Below are positions 39,145-48,834 of a DNA stretch of 64,000 bases, one piece after another (the first letter of the stretch is position 1; each line of letters starts with the position of its first letter). The translations under genes and the position numbers were made by a program. This stretch comes from an uncultured Gammaproteobacteria bacterium (GTDB lineage: Bacteria; Patescibacteriota; Microgenomatia; JALYQM01). Location of the stretch: contig CAZHTP010000003.1 of NCBI GenBank assembly GCA_964535655.1, positions 65,186-129,185 of the forward strand. Direction: 5' to 3'. Under the pieces are notes generated by a model. The model ran no database searches. It was given only the letters and a program-made list of their open reading frames with translations, and was not told the DNA's origin.

Positions 39145-39902
39145 CCATTTTCCTGAAAGTAATAACTCCCTTTTCGCCAGAGATACGTAGAAATAATTAT
39201 CAGCGCAACACACCACCCTACTGAAATTCCTATACTGGTGAGTACTTCGACAGGTTGAAATTTACTGAAGTTCTTGGCAAGCGCACCAAATGCATAAGGA
39301 AACGGTAATACGTATAAAACGGCCTGAATAAATGGTGGCGCATAGGCAATTGGAATCCACCTTCCGCTTGTAAAATCAAAAATGGCCCTAAAAAGCCATA
39401 TGTCAGCAGTTTCCGAGTAGAAGTTCAAGCAAGTAAAAGTGAAAAATATCAGATGTGACAGAATCGTCCCTAAAATTACTGTTGGTAAAAATGTAATGAT
39501 AGAGATCAATGGCATTTTATTAAAAATCATATAGCAAATAGAAAAAATGGCAAAGACAATTACTGTGATTGAATTTCCCGCAAAACTCTTGACGATGTAA
39601 TAGACTGTTGGACTTATTGGCAACTTATCAATATTTAAATATGCTTCGTTTTTTATTTCCTTATGTATATCTTCGGAGAAACCCGGCAGCTCGATAGCAC
39701 CTGCTGTTAAGACAAAGAGAAAATATATGGTAATTTCTTTTGATAACGTTATTCCTTGTGCACTTGGGCTTAGAACAAAACTATAAAATAATATGAATCC
39801 ATACATTGCAAGGAACGGTCTGACAATTTGCATAAGCATCACGAACCAGGAGTGATTAACCTCAAAAAAACTATTTCGGATAATATACCAATATTTTTTC
39901 AT
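39141..39902 (-). CDS. ABC-2 family permease (DUF990-like)
   Basis: Six TM segments, SG.WIP..Y.P and LPF; sits in an operon with the ATPase. Confidence 0.8.
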   Translation of the reverse strand: MKKYWYIIRNSFFEVNHSWFVMLMQIVRPFLAMYGFILFYSFVLSPSAQGITLSKEITIYFLFVLTAGAIELPGFSEDIHKEIKNEAYLNIDKLPISPTVYYIVKSFAGNSITVIVFAIFSICYMIFNKMPLISIITFLPTVILGTILSHLIFFTFTCLNFYSETADIWLFRAIFDFTSGRWIPIAYAPPFIQAVLYVLPFPYAFGALAKNFSKFQPVEVLTSIGISVGWCVALIIISTYLWRKGSYYFQENG

Positions 39903-39908
39903 CGTTTT

Positions 39909-40676
39909 TTACCCGATACTTTCGTATTTGCGCAAACCAACTTTCCATAAAGTATGATTTCCAATCATAGCAAAGATTGTCCAACCGATGGTTATGCTCC
40001 AAAATATACGCGTGTCCTTACTACGGATTAGATCAAATATGAAACTTGCGACAATTATATATGGAACTATATACGTTAAAATAAATTTTATAGATCCTGG
40101 GAAGATATCTTGTGGTTTGTTCCACACTAAGTCTTCGAGAGCTTGATGCACTTTACTAAGTTGGCGGGCATCACGAGCAAAAAAAGTCCAACCATAAAAG
40201 ATAGATTTTAAATTTAAATACAAGAGACTGGATAGAATAATGAATATTGTTGCTTTGCAAATAAAATACATGGTAAGACCATTAACTATTGATGAGGTTA
40301 CAAAGGCTGCATAACTGAACAATGTCATAACAACACTCATTAAATCTAGACGCCGGAAATATTTATAAAAAAATAAATTTATTGGACGAGTAAGAATAAG
40401 ATCTAGGTCTGCCGTTAAAATATCATAAGTTAAGTAACGCATGCTGCGGTCCATGCTCAACCAAAAAAGTACTTGCACCGCAAACATACCGGTTACATAA
40501 AATCCTTGAGGCAGCCGGTAAAAAGCATTCGCATTTATGTGGTACGCAATCACTATTTGAAGAACGAAGATTATTGGATAGGCAATGGGAGTTAACGTAC
40601 TAAGCACAAATATGCTTGGCGATTTTAGTTGGAGTTTTGCATTAGCCTTAAATAGAACCCAGATAGCTTTGAGCAT
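39909..40676 (-). CDS. ABC-2 family permease (DUF990-like)
   Basis: DLDLILTRPIN, P.DIFPG, LTY.VP and C-terminal W..GLRKYES.G. Confidence 0.85.
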   Translation of the reverse strand: MLKAIWVLFKANAKLQLKSPSIFVLSTLTPIAYPIIFVLQIVIAYHINANAFYRLPQGFYVTGMFAVQVLFWLSMDRSMRYLTYDILTADLDLILTRPINLFFYKYFRRLDLMSVVMTLFSYAAFVTSSIVNGLTMYFICKATIFIILSSLLYLNLKSIFYGWTFFARDARQLSKVHQALEDLVWNKPQDIFPGSIKFILTYIVPYIIVASFIFDLIRSKDTRIFWSITIGWTIFAMIGNHTLWKVGLRKYESIG

Positions 40677-40677
40677 A

Positions 40678-41656
40678 TTATTGTTTATATACCTTTGCAA
40701 TTACATCAGACAAATCATCTTCATGAAAGTTTATTTCTGAAATCTGGGCACTAGAGACGATCAGATTGATAAACTGGGCGCTTATTTTTCTATCACTTTT
40801 GATAACTAGACTTGTGGAAGTGTTGCGTAAAACTTTTCCTTCACTTGTTTCAATTTGATGAATTACTTCTTGAGAGATAGGATTACTGTTTTCATCGAAA
40901 ATAAATTCTACAATCCGATCATCCCCCAAAAATTTTCTTTAATTCACTGGTTTTATCGTCAAATATTTTTGTTCCTTTGTTGATAACAATAGTTCTCTCA
41001 CAAAGCTCTTCTACATCTTCCATATTGTGTGTGGTTAAGATTATTGTTGTTCCGAGACTTTTATTGGACTCTTTTAGAAAGCTTCGTACTTCTTTGGCGG
41101 AGTTAACATCTAATCCAATTGTTGGTTCGTCAAGAAAAATTACCTTTGGCTCGTAGATAAAGCTACAGATAAGTTCACATTTCATGCGTTGTCCTAAAGA
41201 GAGTCGCCTTCCTACGGTATCCATTTTGTCTTCGAGATCGAAGCGCCTTGTTAATTCGTCGATACGCTTTTTGTACCTTATTTTATCGACCTCGTATATT
41301 TCGGCAAAAAAATCAAAGGTATCTTTTACAGGTAGCTCGAGGAACAATTGGGTTTTCTGAGCCATTACGAAACTGATCATTTTTTTGAACTGCTTCTTTT
41401 TTTGAAAGGGATTAAACCCGAAAACATCGATATTGCCTGATGTTGGGAATAAAATTCCTGTTAGCATCTTAAGTGTTGTGGTTTTTCCTGCACCGTTAGG
41501 GCCAAGAAAGGCAATAAACTCGCCTTTATCGATTTCGAAGTTCAAGTCCCTTACCGCTTCGAACTTAGTAATGGTTTTTGGCTTAAGAAATCCAAAAGCC
41601 CCGGGAGGAGATTTTTTTGACAAAAAGCTTTTATTGAGATTCTGTACCTTAATCAT
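40678..41656 (-). CDS. ABC-2 (DrrA-like) ATP-binding protein, with a +1 frameshift near 40923-40932
   Basis: GPNGAGKTT, LSLGQRMK, FLDEPTIGLD and TTHNM. The C-terminal domain (..EDDLSDVIAKVY) is in another frame after a T5G5 run. Confidence 0.85.
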
Positions 41657-41695
41657 AGGCACCTACTAATTGTTTCTCTTTCGGGATATTTATGG

Positions 41696-41724
41696 ATTGT
41701 ACGTTGCGCTATGAGAAAAATCAA
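41696..41724 (-). promoter_or_regulatory. sigma70-type promoter of the ABC-2 operon
   Basis: TTGATT-N17-TACAAT. Confidence 0.6.
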
Positions 41725-41736
41725 GCGAAGTTGGAT

Positions 41737-42240
41737 TTACTTTTGACTTATGTTACTCTTCACAAACTTAATATAGCCCACGATGAGTGCAGCAACGAGA
41801 CTCACTGTGACTACCGCAAAGCGAAATTTACTACTATCGCTCATAAATCCGCGAATGACACTATATAACAGTGTGAGAACTCCCCCCAGTAGCAGGCCGT
41901 CTGACAATAACAATAAATTTTTCATCAGAGTTAAGCTTACTACTAAGACAATTACGGAAAAAACTAAAGCTATTATTGAAACATTCTGATTATATACCTT
42001 GAACTTTTTCTCATAATCTTTTTGTTTTTGATCATACTCTATTTGTCTTTGACGGTCTGTTTCGGATTGTATATACGGCTTTGATGGATCGCTATTTACT
42101 TGAGGGTAGGATAGTTCTTTAGGATACTCGGGAGGAGTTGGCTTTTCGTAAAAGGCATCGATGCCGAGTCCGATAAATGTTGCCACGAGAATACCGATAA
42201 AAAGTGTATAAATAAACTGAAGGGCTTTGGATTGTTGCAT
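41737..42240 (-). CDS. Conserved hypothetical membrane protein (about 4 TM)
   Basis: TM, then a P-rich loop and coiled coil (FYEKPTPPEYP), then 3 TM. Confidence 0.7.
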   Translation of the reverse strand: MQQSKALQFIYTLFIGILVATFIGLGIDAFYEKPTPPEYPKELSYPQVNSDPSKPYIQSETDRQRQIEYDQKQKDYEKKFKVYNQNVSIIALVFSVIVLVVSLTLMKNLLLLSDGLLLGGVLTLLYSVIRGFMSDSSKFRFAVVTVSLVAALIVGYIKFVKSNISQK

Positions 42241-42244
42241 ACTG

Positions 42245-44011
42245 TTATTCTACTACTCGTGACATAATTTTAGGAAGTGCTTTATAAAGAAAGAAATTAC
42301 ACGCTGAGTCGGAAAGCCCCAAGTACCTTGAGACTGATACTAATTTATTGCCTCTAAAAGATATTCCTTCTTCTAAAGCCTTAATCATACCAAAGAGAAT
42401 TTCTTTCTGTTTAGTATTAAAGAGATCTTTATATTTAGCTGCTAGGTCTAGCTTTTGACGAATATCAGTGATAAATGAAGTATCCTCAACTAAGGTTATA
42501 ATATTTTTTAGCACTTGAGAATCATCACTAAAACCAAATGTTTGCTTGGCCTCATCAACTGAGTGATATCTGCCCTGAGAATCGGGTACTGTTAAGAACC
42601 GTATAATTTCTTTTTGATAGTCTCCCAGGTTTGCCATCTGCTCTGGTGACCAGCTTCCTTGTTGTTCAAGTTTATTTATAAGTATGTAATGAGAATACCC
42701 GTGCAAAATTGTTTCGCCATGTTGATTAATGTAGCGTGTGGTACTTTTGGCTCGAGAAGATTTTTCACCTCGTCTGAGCATGTTTACTTTGTGCACTATA
42801 TTTCGAACAGCAGTTGGTGTTAACCCCGTTTCTTCACCTATATGAGCATTAGAGTATAAAAATTCTTTATCTATACAAACCATCGCAAGCTGTAATACGC
42901 GCTTTTCAATTTCGGTTAGTTGTTTTACCCACTCTTCATTTTCAATTATTCTGGATTCATGCAACTGAACTCTCGCTGCATAGACTGGAATATTTTTTCC
43001 AGCCTCAGTATAAGGGACTGATTTTCGTTTTCCCGTCTTACTTCTTCCTAAAAGTTTAGCTTTTTGTTCTGGTGGTACCCTGCGTTCTTGATTTACTGCA
43101 GAATCGGCTCGATCTACCATATCTGCTATATCGATGCGTGGCTCAGGGCTGTTTCTTTTTCCAATTCGCATAATAATTTCTGCTAATGCAAATTTCAGGT
43201 CACCGGTGGTAGTTTTTTCACTTAAGTTTAATCTTTTATAATGATCTGACATCGGTTCTTCAGGATGAAAGTAACCAAACTTTTTTAGGATCGCTACTTG
43301 TCGATATAAGTCCAACTCACCAATATATCCCATTAATTCAGCGAGGCTTAACCGATCTATAGCATGGGCATAGTAGCCAAATATTTGATACAAGGGTTTT
43401 ATTCTTCGCTCTTGATTTAAGCCTGTTTTACCTGTTCCTACAAGTTCGAAATCAACCGCTTGTCCTGGAAACGAAATTGGGGCATTATCCAGGCGTGTTA
43501 AATCTTGATGAATATACTTAATTGCTATTTTTACAAATCCCGTTAAATTCCAGGCTAATTCCTCATAATTTTTTCCTTCCATATTCCAGGAATAAAATAT
43601 CCGCCGTCTCACTTCGTCCTGAGCAGACACTATTGCTTCTGAACTATCAATGCGGCGATACCTGCGCGATAGTCTTTCCATTACAGATTCTATCTGACTA
43701 TAGAAGTTTAAGTTTAAGCGTTCAATTACACGTAGCCCACTTTCAACAGCGTCCTCAGAAAGTTTTATTCTTTCATATCCAACGATATCGGTATGAATAT
43801 CTTTTTTGCGCTTATCAATCACCCCATTTGACTGAAACATTTGGCGGACTCTCCGGGCAGGAGCAAGAGTTGTAATAGCGACTTCGCCGGCTAAACCTTT
43901 TAATAAGCTACTGTTAGATTTAGTTACCATTTGCCAGTCATCGTAGACTAGATACTGATTAGCTACCTGATATTCAGGCGGTATTTTTGTTTCATTTACA
44001 TTAGCACTCAT
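42245..44011 (-). CDS. Putative sigma-like, multi-HTH DNA-binding protein
   Basis: Repeated units resembling sigma region 4, e.g. LTEIEKRVL...SNAHIGEETGLTPTAVRNI and FNTKQKEIL...VSVSRYLGLS. Confidence 0.5.
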   Translation of the reverse strand: MSANVNETKIPPEYQVANQYLVYDDWQMVTKSNSSLLKGLAGEVAITTLAPARRVRQMFQSNGVIDKRKKDIHTDIVGYERIKLSEDAVESGLRVIERLNLNFYSQIESVMERLSRRYRRIDSSEAIVSAQDEVRRRIFYSWNMEGKNYEELAWNLTGFVKIAIKYIHQDLTRLDNAPISFPGQAVDFELVGTGKTGLNQERRIKPLYQIFGYYAHAIDRLSLAELMGYIGELDLYRQVAILKKFGYFHPEEPMSDHYKRLNLSEKTTTGDLKFALAEIIMRIGKRNSPEPRIDIADMVDRADSAVNQERRVPPEQKAKLLGRSKTGKRKSVPYTEAGKNIPVYAARVQLHESRIIENEEWVKQLTEIEKRVLQLAMVCIDKEFLYSNAHIGEETGLTPTAVRNIVHKVNMLRRGEKSSRAKSTTRYINQHGETILHGYSHYILINKLEQQGSWSPEQMANLGDYQKEIIRFLTVPDSQGRYHSVDEAKQTFGFSDDSQVLKNIITLVEDTSFITDIRQKLDLAAKYKDLFNTKQKEILFGMIKALEEGISFRGNKLVSVSRYLGLSDSACNFFLYKALPKIMSRVVE

Positions 44012-44182
44012 AAACTTTATTGGAGAAAAAAACTAAAGATGGCAGGATAAAATATATGCTGGCTTACGCCAACTTAGTGGAGTTCTTTTTGGAATCCTTG
44101 ACCGCGGGAGACGCGATCCTTATGTTGTTTTTACCGTTACTTGGCATTTGTCATATTATACCAGATGAGCTATCATTTCTTT

Positions 44183-44605
44183 ATGAAAGCAAGTAAAGAC
44201 TCGTTTGCTCAGATATTCCCTCTCTATTATATGCTTTTTGTATTTGTTTTCTTATTTCTTTACTTGGCTGTATCGGGGAGTAATGTGGGATCAATGGCGC
44301 AAAATGCCGATACAACATATGCCGCCGAGGAGGCCGGGTTATTGCGTGATCGTGAGTGTGTTCCTCCCCTCTGTGGAAAAAGTTGGTGGTGTCGATTTTG
44401 GCATCCACGAAGAGGAAGAGGGAATGGATGTTTATACCCTACTCCTGTTCCATCTTTAAGCCCACCTGTAACCGATATTCCGAGCTCATCTCCTTCCCCT
44501 ACCTCCAGTGTTTGTACCCGACGACCACTATGCCTTGATGCGGAACCTGCATGTGAAGTAGCCGAACCGTTGGGTGGATGGTGCTCTCTTCCTCCTGCGC
44601 GTTAA
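44183..44605 (+). CDS. Small membrane-anchored Cys-rich surface protein
   Basis: N-terminal TM, Pro/Ser linker and C-terminal CTRRPLCLDAEPACEVAEPLGGWC module. Confidence 0.7.
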   Translation: MKASKDSFAQIFPLYYMLFVFVFLFLYLAVSGSNVGSMAQNADTTYAAEEAGLLRDRECVPPLCGKSWWCRFWHPRRGRGNGCLYPTPVPSLSPPVTDIPSSSPSPTSSVCTRRPLCLDAEPACEVAEPLGGWCSLPPAR

Positions 44606-44618
44606 CATAGAATAACTC

Positions 44619-44656
44619 TTGACAAATTTCTGGCAGTCATTGTATAAGAGTGCTAG
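44619..44656 (+). promoter_or_regulatory. hsp20 promoter overlapped by a CIRCE (HrcA operator)
   Basis: TTGACA at 44619 and TATAAG at 44643. CTGGCAGTC-N9-GAGTGCTAG (44630-44656) compares with consensus TTAGCACTC-N9-GAGTGCTAA. Confidence 0.8.
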
Positions 44657-44691
44657 ATATATTATCGTTATTATTATTTCAGGAGGTACTT

Positions 44692-45105
44692 ATGCCTAAT
44701 GATTTAGTTATGCGTCCCTTTTGGGATTTTACACCTTTGAGGATGTCGTCATTTTTTGACGATGAAGATATGTGGTCAGTTACTCAACATGGTTCAGGAG
44801 GCCTTTCTATTTCTGAAGACGATGCTTATGTTTATATTGAAGCGGCAGTTCCAGGTGTTGCACCTGACGCGGTTGAAATGACTTTCCATAATGGGATTCT
44901 TAAAATTCACGGGAAAGCAAAACAAGAAGAGAAAAAAGATCGAAAAAATTACCGAACAATGACAAGTGAATTTTCGTACCAAGTCGCAATTCGAGATGTC
45001 GATTCTAATGAAGAACCTGAGGCAACCTGCAAGAATGGTGTAATGGAAGTAAAGTTTGCTAAATCTAAAGCTGCTTTGCCAAAGCAGATCAAAGTTAAGA
45101 AATAG
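44692..45105 (+). CDS. Small heat-shock protein Hsp20/alpha-crystallin
   Basis: SD AGGAGGT; YIEAAVPGV, GILKIHG and ATCKNGVMEVKF.K...KQIKVK. Confidence 0.92.
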   Translation: MPNDLVMRPFWDFTPLRMSSFFDDEDMWSVTQHGSGGLSISEDDAYVYIEAAVPGVAPDAVEMTFHNGILKIHGKAKQEEKKDRKNYRTMTSEFSYQVAIRDVDSNEEPEATCKNGVMEVKFAKSKAALPKQIKVKK

Positions 45106-45143
45106 GGTTTTTTTCGTAACGAATTCATGTTACAGTTGAGGTA

Positions 45144-45905
45144 ATGGATGATCAGCTCATTACCTACGTACGGGATTCGGCGGCGCGCGGGGTTACTGCG
45201 GATATTACTCGCCAACAACTAACTTCAGTCGGGTGGGATTCTAAAATGGTTGAAAATGCCATTACTGCGGTATACCCTGCGGCCACGTTTAATACTATCT
45301 CCTCATCTGTGGGTCGCTCTATTCAAGTAAATAGAGGCACGTTGCTTATGATTTTGGGAATAATGCTTTTTTTTGTTATAAGCTCAGTTGTAATTGGCTA
45401 TTTGGTTTTTGCCACGTCTCGGTCTTCTTCTCTTTCAAAAATTAGTGATTCTCAAGCTGAAAGCAGTAGTTCGGTTGTTTCTCTACCTAACAGCGATTAC
45501 CAAACATATATTAATGATGAGTTTCATTTTAGGCTTACGATTCCTATTGAATGGACATATAAAGAATATAATCGTTCCTCCTATAATGAATTCAGGCTGG
45601 CATTTGGTAAACAGCGAGATTTACCTGATAGTTATTTTGGTGATGGTAATTATTTATGGTTACGGATTTATCCGGTATCTTCTTCGACAAAATATACTTC
45701 TTTTAGGGCAGAATTTCTAAAAAGCGGAGTACGACAAATGTCGCTTGGCGGAGTTGCTGCATTTGATACAGGAAAAATTGTTGGAGCTGAATATAAAGGA
45801 TTAGCATATGAACTGCATCCACCTGTTCAACTAGCTAGTGATGGTACCAATTTTTATGATGAAAATACAAAACGAATAATTAGCTCTTTACGGTTTACAG
45901 AGTAA
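45144..45905 (+). CDS. Hypothetical single-TM protein with PsbP-like outer domain
   Basis: N-terminal QLITYV...G...QL..VGW motif, TM, Y.N....F.LTIP.EW and C-terminal IISSLRF. Confidence 0.6.
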   Translation: MDDQLITYVRDSAARGVTADITRQQLTSVGWDSKMVENAITAVYPAATFNTISSSVGRSIQVNRGTLLMILGIMLFFVISSVVIGYLVFATSRSSSLSKISDSQAESSSSVVSLPNSDYQTYINDEFHFRLTIPIEWTYKEYNRSSYNEFRLAFGKQRDLPDSYFGDGNYLWLRIYPVSSSTKYTSFRAEFLKSGVRQMSLGGVAAFDTGKIVGAEYKGLAYELHPPVQLASDGTNFYDENTKRIISSLRFTE

Positions 45906-46140
45906 ATAGTTTCTCTTTATTTTTCCTCGACCAGCGTTTTAATTCAGTTTCTCTTTTCCTTGCTTCCGATAAGGTCTCAAAAACTTCATGATGTTTTAGT
46001 TCAACTGGTCTTCTGATTTTAGTATAGTGAGCACCATTTTTGGTGAAATTATGTTGATGAATGCGGTTCTGGATGTTATTAGTGCAGCCAACATAATACG
46101 TGCTGTCGGAACATTGTAAAATGTAAACAAAGTACGCCAT
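45895..46140 (-). CDS. Small GIY-YIG nuclease (UPF0213/YhbQ-like)
   Basis: YFVYILQCSD.TYYVG.T..R..QHN...GA.YT..RRPV...E...ARKRE. Confidence 0.93.
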   Translation of the reverse strand: MAYFVYILQCSDSTYYVGCTNNIQNRIHQHNFTKNGAHYTKIRRPVELKHHEVFETLSEARKRETELKRWSRKNKEKLFTL

Positions 46141-46145
46141 TTAAG

Positions 46146-46727
46146 TTACCATGCGAAGAGTCGTGAGGTTAAAGCATCCCTTCCTGTATTATTTTTGCTT
46201 GAATAAATAATAATTTCGGCTTCTATTCCCGAGGGGATTTTTCCTTTTATTTTTGAAATATGAGCAGCTATCTCTGAGTTTTTAAGTGAATCACTTTTGG
46301 TCGCTACCAGCACGAAAGGCGTGTTATTTTTATTCAATAATAAAAGCACTTCTTCATCAAAAGGAGTTATTCCCACTTTGATGTCCAGAATTACTACGAT
46401 AGATTTTGATTTTACTTCTTCGGTTAGGATATACCATATTATCCACTCCCGGAGTTTTTCAGCTTCCTTTTGAGATGCGTGAGCATACCCGTACCCAGGT
46501 AAATCAACAAAATAATATTTTTCATTGATTAGGAAAAAATTAATGCGTTTGGTTTTCCCCGGCTGAGAGGAAACTTTTACCAAATCTTTGCGATTTGTTA
46601 AAGAATTAATAAGACTTGATTTACCAACATTTGATCTTCCTACAAAACCTACTTGAGGATACGGATCATTTAATATTGGATCGGTACCGGCGATACTTTT
46701 AATGAACTTGGCTGATTTAATTTGCAT
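46146..46727 (-). CDS. engB: Ribosome biogenesis GTPase EngB/YihA/YsxC
   Basis: GRSNVGKSSLIN, PGKT, DLPGYG, TKSD and SS. Confidence 0.96.
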   Translation of the reverse strand: MQIKSAKFIKSIAGTDPILNDPYPQVGFVGRSNVGKSSLINSLTNRKDLVKVSSQPGKTKRINFFLINEKYYFVDLPGYGYAHASQKEAEKLREWIIWYILTEEVKSKSIVVILDIKVGITPFDEEVLLLLNKNNTPFVLVATKSDSLKNSEIAAHISKIKGKIPSGIEAEIIIYSSKNNTGRDALTSRLFAW

Positions 46728-46798
46728 ATTCAAAGTATATCATGCCTAAGGAGGCTCCTTTGAATTCTCGTTCGCCAAATTTATGGGCAATGAGGAAA

Positions 46799-47716
46799 CT
46801 AGTGAGTTTTAGTAACGAGTTGCGGTGCATTTCCTGTTTTTAAGGCATTGTCGGCAGATTCAAATAATGCATAGTCACCATTTCCTCCTATTTGTTCAAC
46901 TGAGAAGTGGAGCCTAAATTGCGAACGCATTCTGCCTGCAGCTAGATCTCCTTTAATATTTTGGGTTACATCTACTTCCTTCCAGCCGATGCTTGATCCT
47001 GAACTTATTGTTGCAAAACTTGAAGAGATGCTTGATATGCTGTAATCGCTTGCTTCAAATGTACTCCCGTAATTTAATTGATCGATTTTTAAATCACTAC
47101 CACTCGTATATGGATTTCCAGAAACCCCCTGCTGATATATACGAAAAACTGCTTTATCTATTGACGACGATCCCATGATCTGAGTGATATCGAAACTTAC
47201 AAAACCTCGACTTGTACTTGTTGCATTTCTACCTATTTTAATTTCAGCCGTAGTACTGCCGCTGCCATTATTTGATTGGTACCCATCTAGCATAGGTTGA
47301 CTTGTTATGGTTTTTTCGGAGTTCGGACTTTGAGATGGCGTTGGACTTTGTGTTGCAGCTGTGGAGGCTGCGATAGAAGAAGGACTTGATGAAGGAGATT
47401 TTGAGGGTGAAGGGATTGGAGAAGCCGTTTGTAGAGGTGAGGTAGTTGGAGTGCTACTGAGCGAGGGAGAGGGTGTTGTTATTGTATCGGCAGTAGGACT
47501 TGGCGCGCTGGCTGCCGCTAGAACCTCTGCACTCGGAGATGGTTGGAGTGCCACATCTTTTTTAGGTGTTGTCACTTTTTTAAAAACCCAGAATCCGAGG
47601 AGCAGCAGCATGACAACAGCTACACTCATTCCCACTAATGTCTTTTTTATTAGTTTCTTGGTTGCTTGAGTATAATCGTCGTCGATCTTTATGGAAGAAG
47701 ATTTTTGTTTCTTCAT
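46799..47716 (-). CDS. Membrane-anchored Ser/Pro/Thr-stalk protein with DNRLRE-like C-terminal domain
   Basis: TM, low-complexity stalk, then D.Y...IG...SRGFVSFDI...A.F.IY, W...DVT and F.S.....PQL. Confidence 0.6.
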   Translation of the reverse strand: MKKQKSSSIKIDDDYTQATKKLIKKTLVGMSVAVVMLLLLGFWVFKKVTTPKKDVALQPSPSAEVLAAASAPSPTADTITTPSPSLSSTPTTSPLQTASPIPSPSKSPSSSPSSIAASTAATQSPTPSQSPNSEKTITSQPMLDGYQSNNGSGSTTAEIKIGRNATSTSRGFVSFDITQIMGSSSIDKAVFRIYQQGVSGNPYTSGSDLKIDQLNYGSTFEASDYSISSISSSFATISSGSSIGWKEVDVTQNIKGDLAAGRMRSQFRLHFSVEQIGGNGDYALFESADNALKTGNAPQLVTKTH

Positions 47717-47775
47717 AGTATGCTTATTATGCCAACACTCGCTTGAATGTCAATCAAGCTGGTATAATTGCTCCT

Positions 47776-48834
47776 ATGATTAATACTATACAAATATCTG
47801 AATTTCGCTCGCTTTTTTTTGCATTAAGTGATACTGCTCATTCAATAGTAATTACCTCTCATTTTGGCCCTGATGATGATTCAATAGCTTCAGTTTTATC
47901 ACTTTACTTTATTCTAAATGAAAAATATCCCGATGCAAAAATACGCATCGCTTATACTGGTGATGGGGATGATCGATGGTCTTATTTCGAAAATTTTTCC
48001 CGCATTGAGTTTGTTACTGATATTGCTGACATTTTAGACGGAGTAGATTTACTTATCGGGCTTGATGCTGATATCTATAGTCGATTCAGCAAAATGCCGG
48101 AAAAGCTCCTCTCTGCTTCTTGTAAGAAAATTGCCATTGATCACCATGGCAATCCACCGGATTCATTTGACCTATTATTTGTCGATTCATCGATATCTTC
48201 GAATGCTGAAATTATTTATACCTTATTCTTCTCTGATCGTGCTGCAATTCCTCCACGGATAGCAGAGACACTTTTACTTGGCATATTAGGAGATACTGGT
48301 AATTTTAGATTTATTAATCCAAAGCAGGTTTCTGCGTTTTCTGTTGTATCGCGTCTTGTTGAAGAGGGTTCAATAGATATTGCATTTATGGAATCAAAAT
48401 ACTCCGCGTATCGTGAGGCAGTATTTGTAGCGATGCAGGAGCTCATGAAGAATACATCTTTTGTGACAGTCCCGGGATGGCCTCGATTTCTTTATTCTTA
48501 TATCTCGCGTGATTATCTCGAAAAAAGCTCTCTACCTGATGTTGATATAAGTGCCGCTAAAAATATATTTATAGCTACCTATGGTACCAGACTAACAGGG
48601 ATTGGTTGGGCAATTGTTGCTGTACCAAACTCTAGTGGTGAAGTTAGCGTATCGATGCGCTCACTTAAAGATTCAATAAACGTTCGCTTACTAGCACAAG
48701 GAATGGGGATTGGTGGTGGACATGATCGAGCTGCTGGAGCGCGTTTTAAACCAGCAGCATCTCAGCCTGCTGACTCGTTACCTTCTATTGAGAAAATGAT
48801 GGTTTGGTTGAAAGAGCATGACCCCATTTATTAA
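47776..48834 (+). CDS. DHH family phosphoesterase (NrnA-like)
   Basis: H..PDDD, LD, IDHH, GILGDTG, SMRS and GGGH..AAG. Confidence 0.92.
   Translation: MINTIQISEFRSLFFALSDTAHSIVITSHFGPDDDSIASVLSLYFILNEKYPDAKIRIAYTGDGDDRWSYFENFSRIEFVTDIADILDGVDLLIGLDADIYSRFSKMPEKLLSASCKKIAIDHHGNPPDSFDLLFVDSSISSNAEIIYTLFFSDRAAIPPRIAETLLLGILGDTGNFRFINPKQVSAFSVVSRLVEEGSIDIAFMESKYSAYREAVFVAMQELMKNTSFVTVPGWPRFLYSYISRDYLEKSSLPDVDISAAKNIFIATYGTRLTGIGWAIVAVPNSSGEVSVSMRSLKDSINVRLLAQGMGIGGGHDRAAGARFKPAASQPADSLPSIEKMMVWLKEHDPIY

Noticed and set aside
45895-46140. GIY-YIG as a homing endonuclease or mobile element
   Set aside because: It is the 81-aa UPF0213-type form with no DNA-binding extension and no intron or intein context.
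46740-46798. AAGGAGGCTCCTTT hairpin and neighbouring weak stems upstream of engB
   Set aside because: The stems are short, lack a U-tract and overlap the engB promoter region, so there is too little evidence for a functional RNA.
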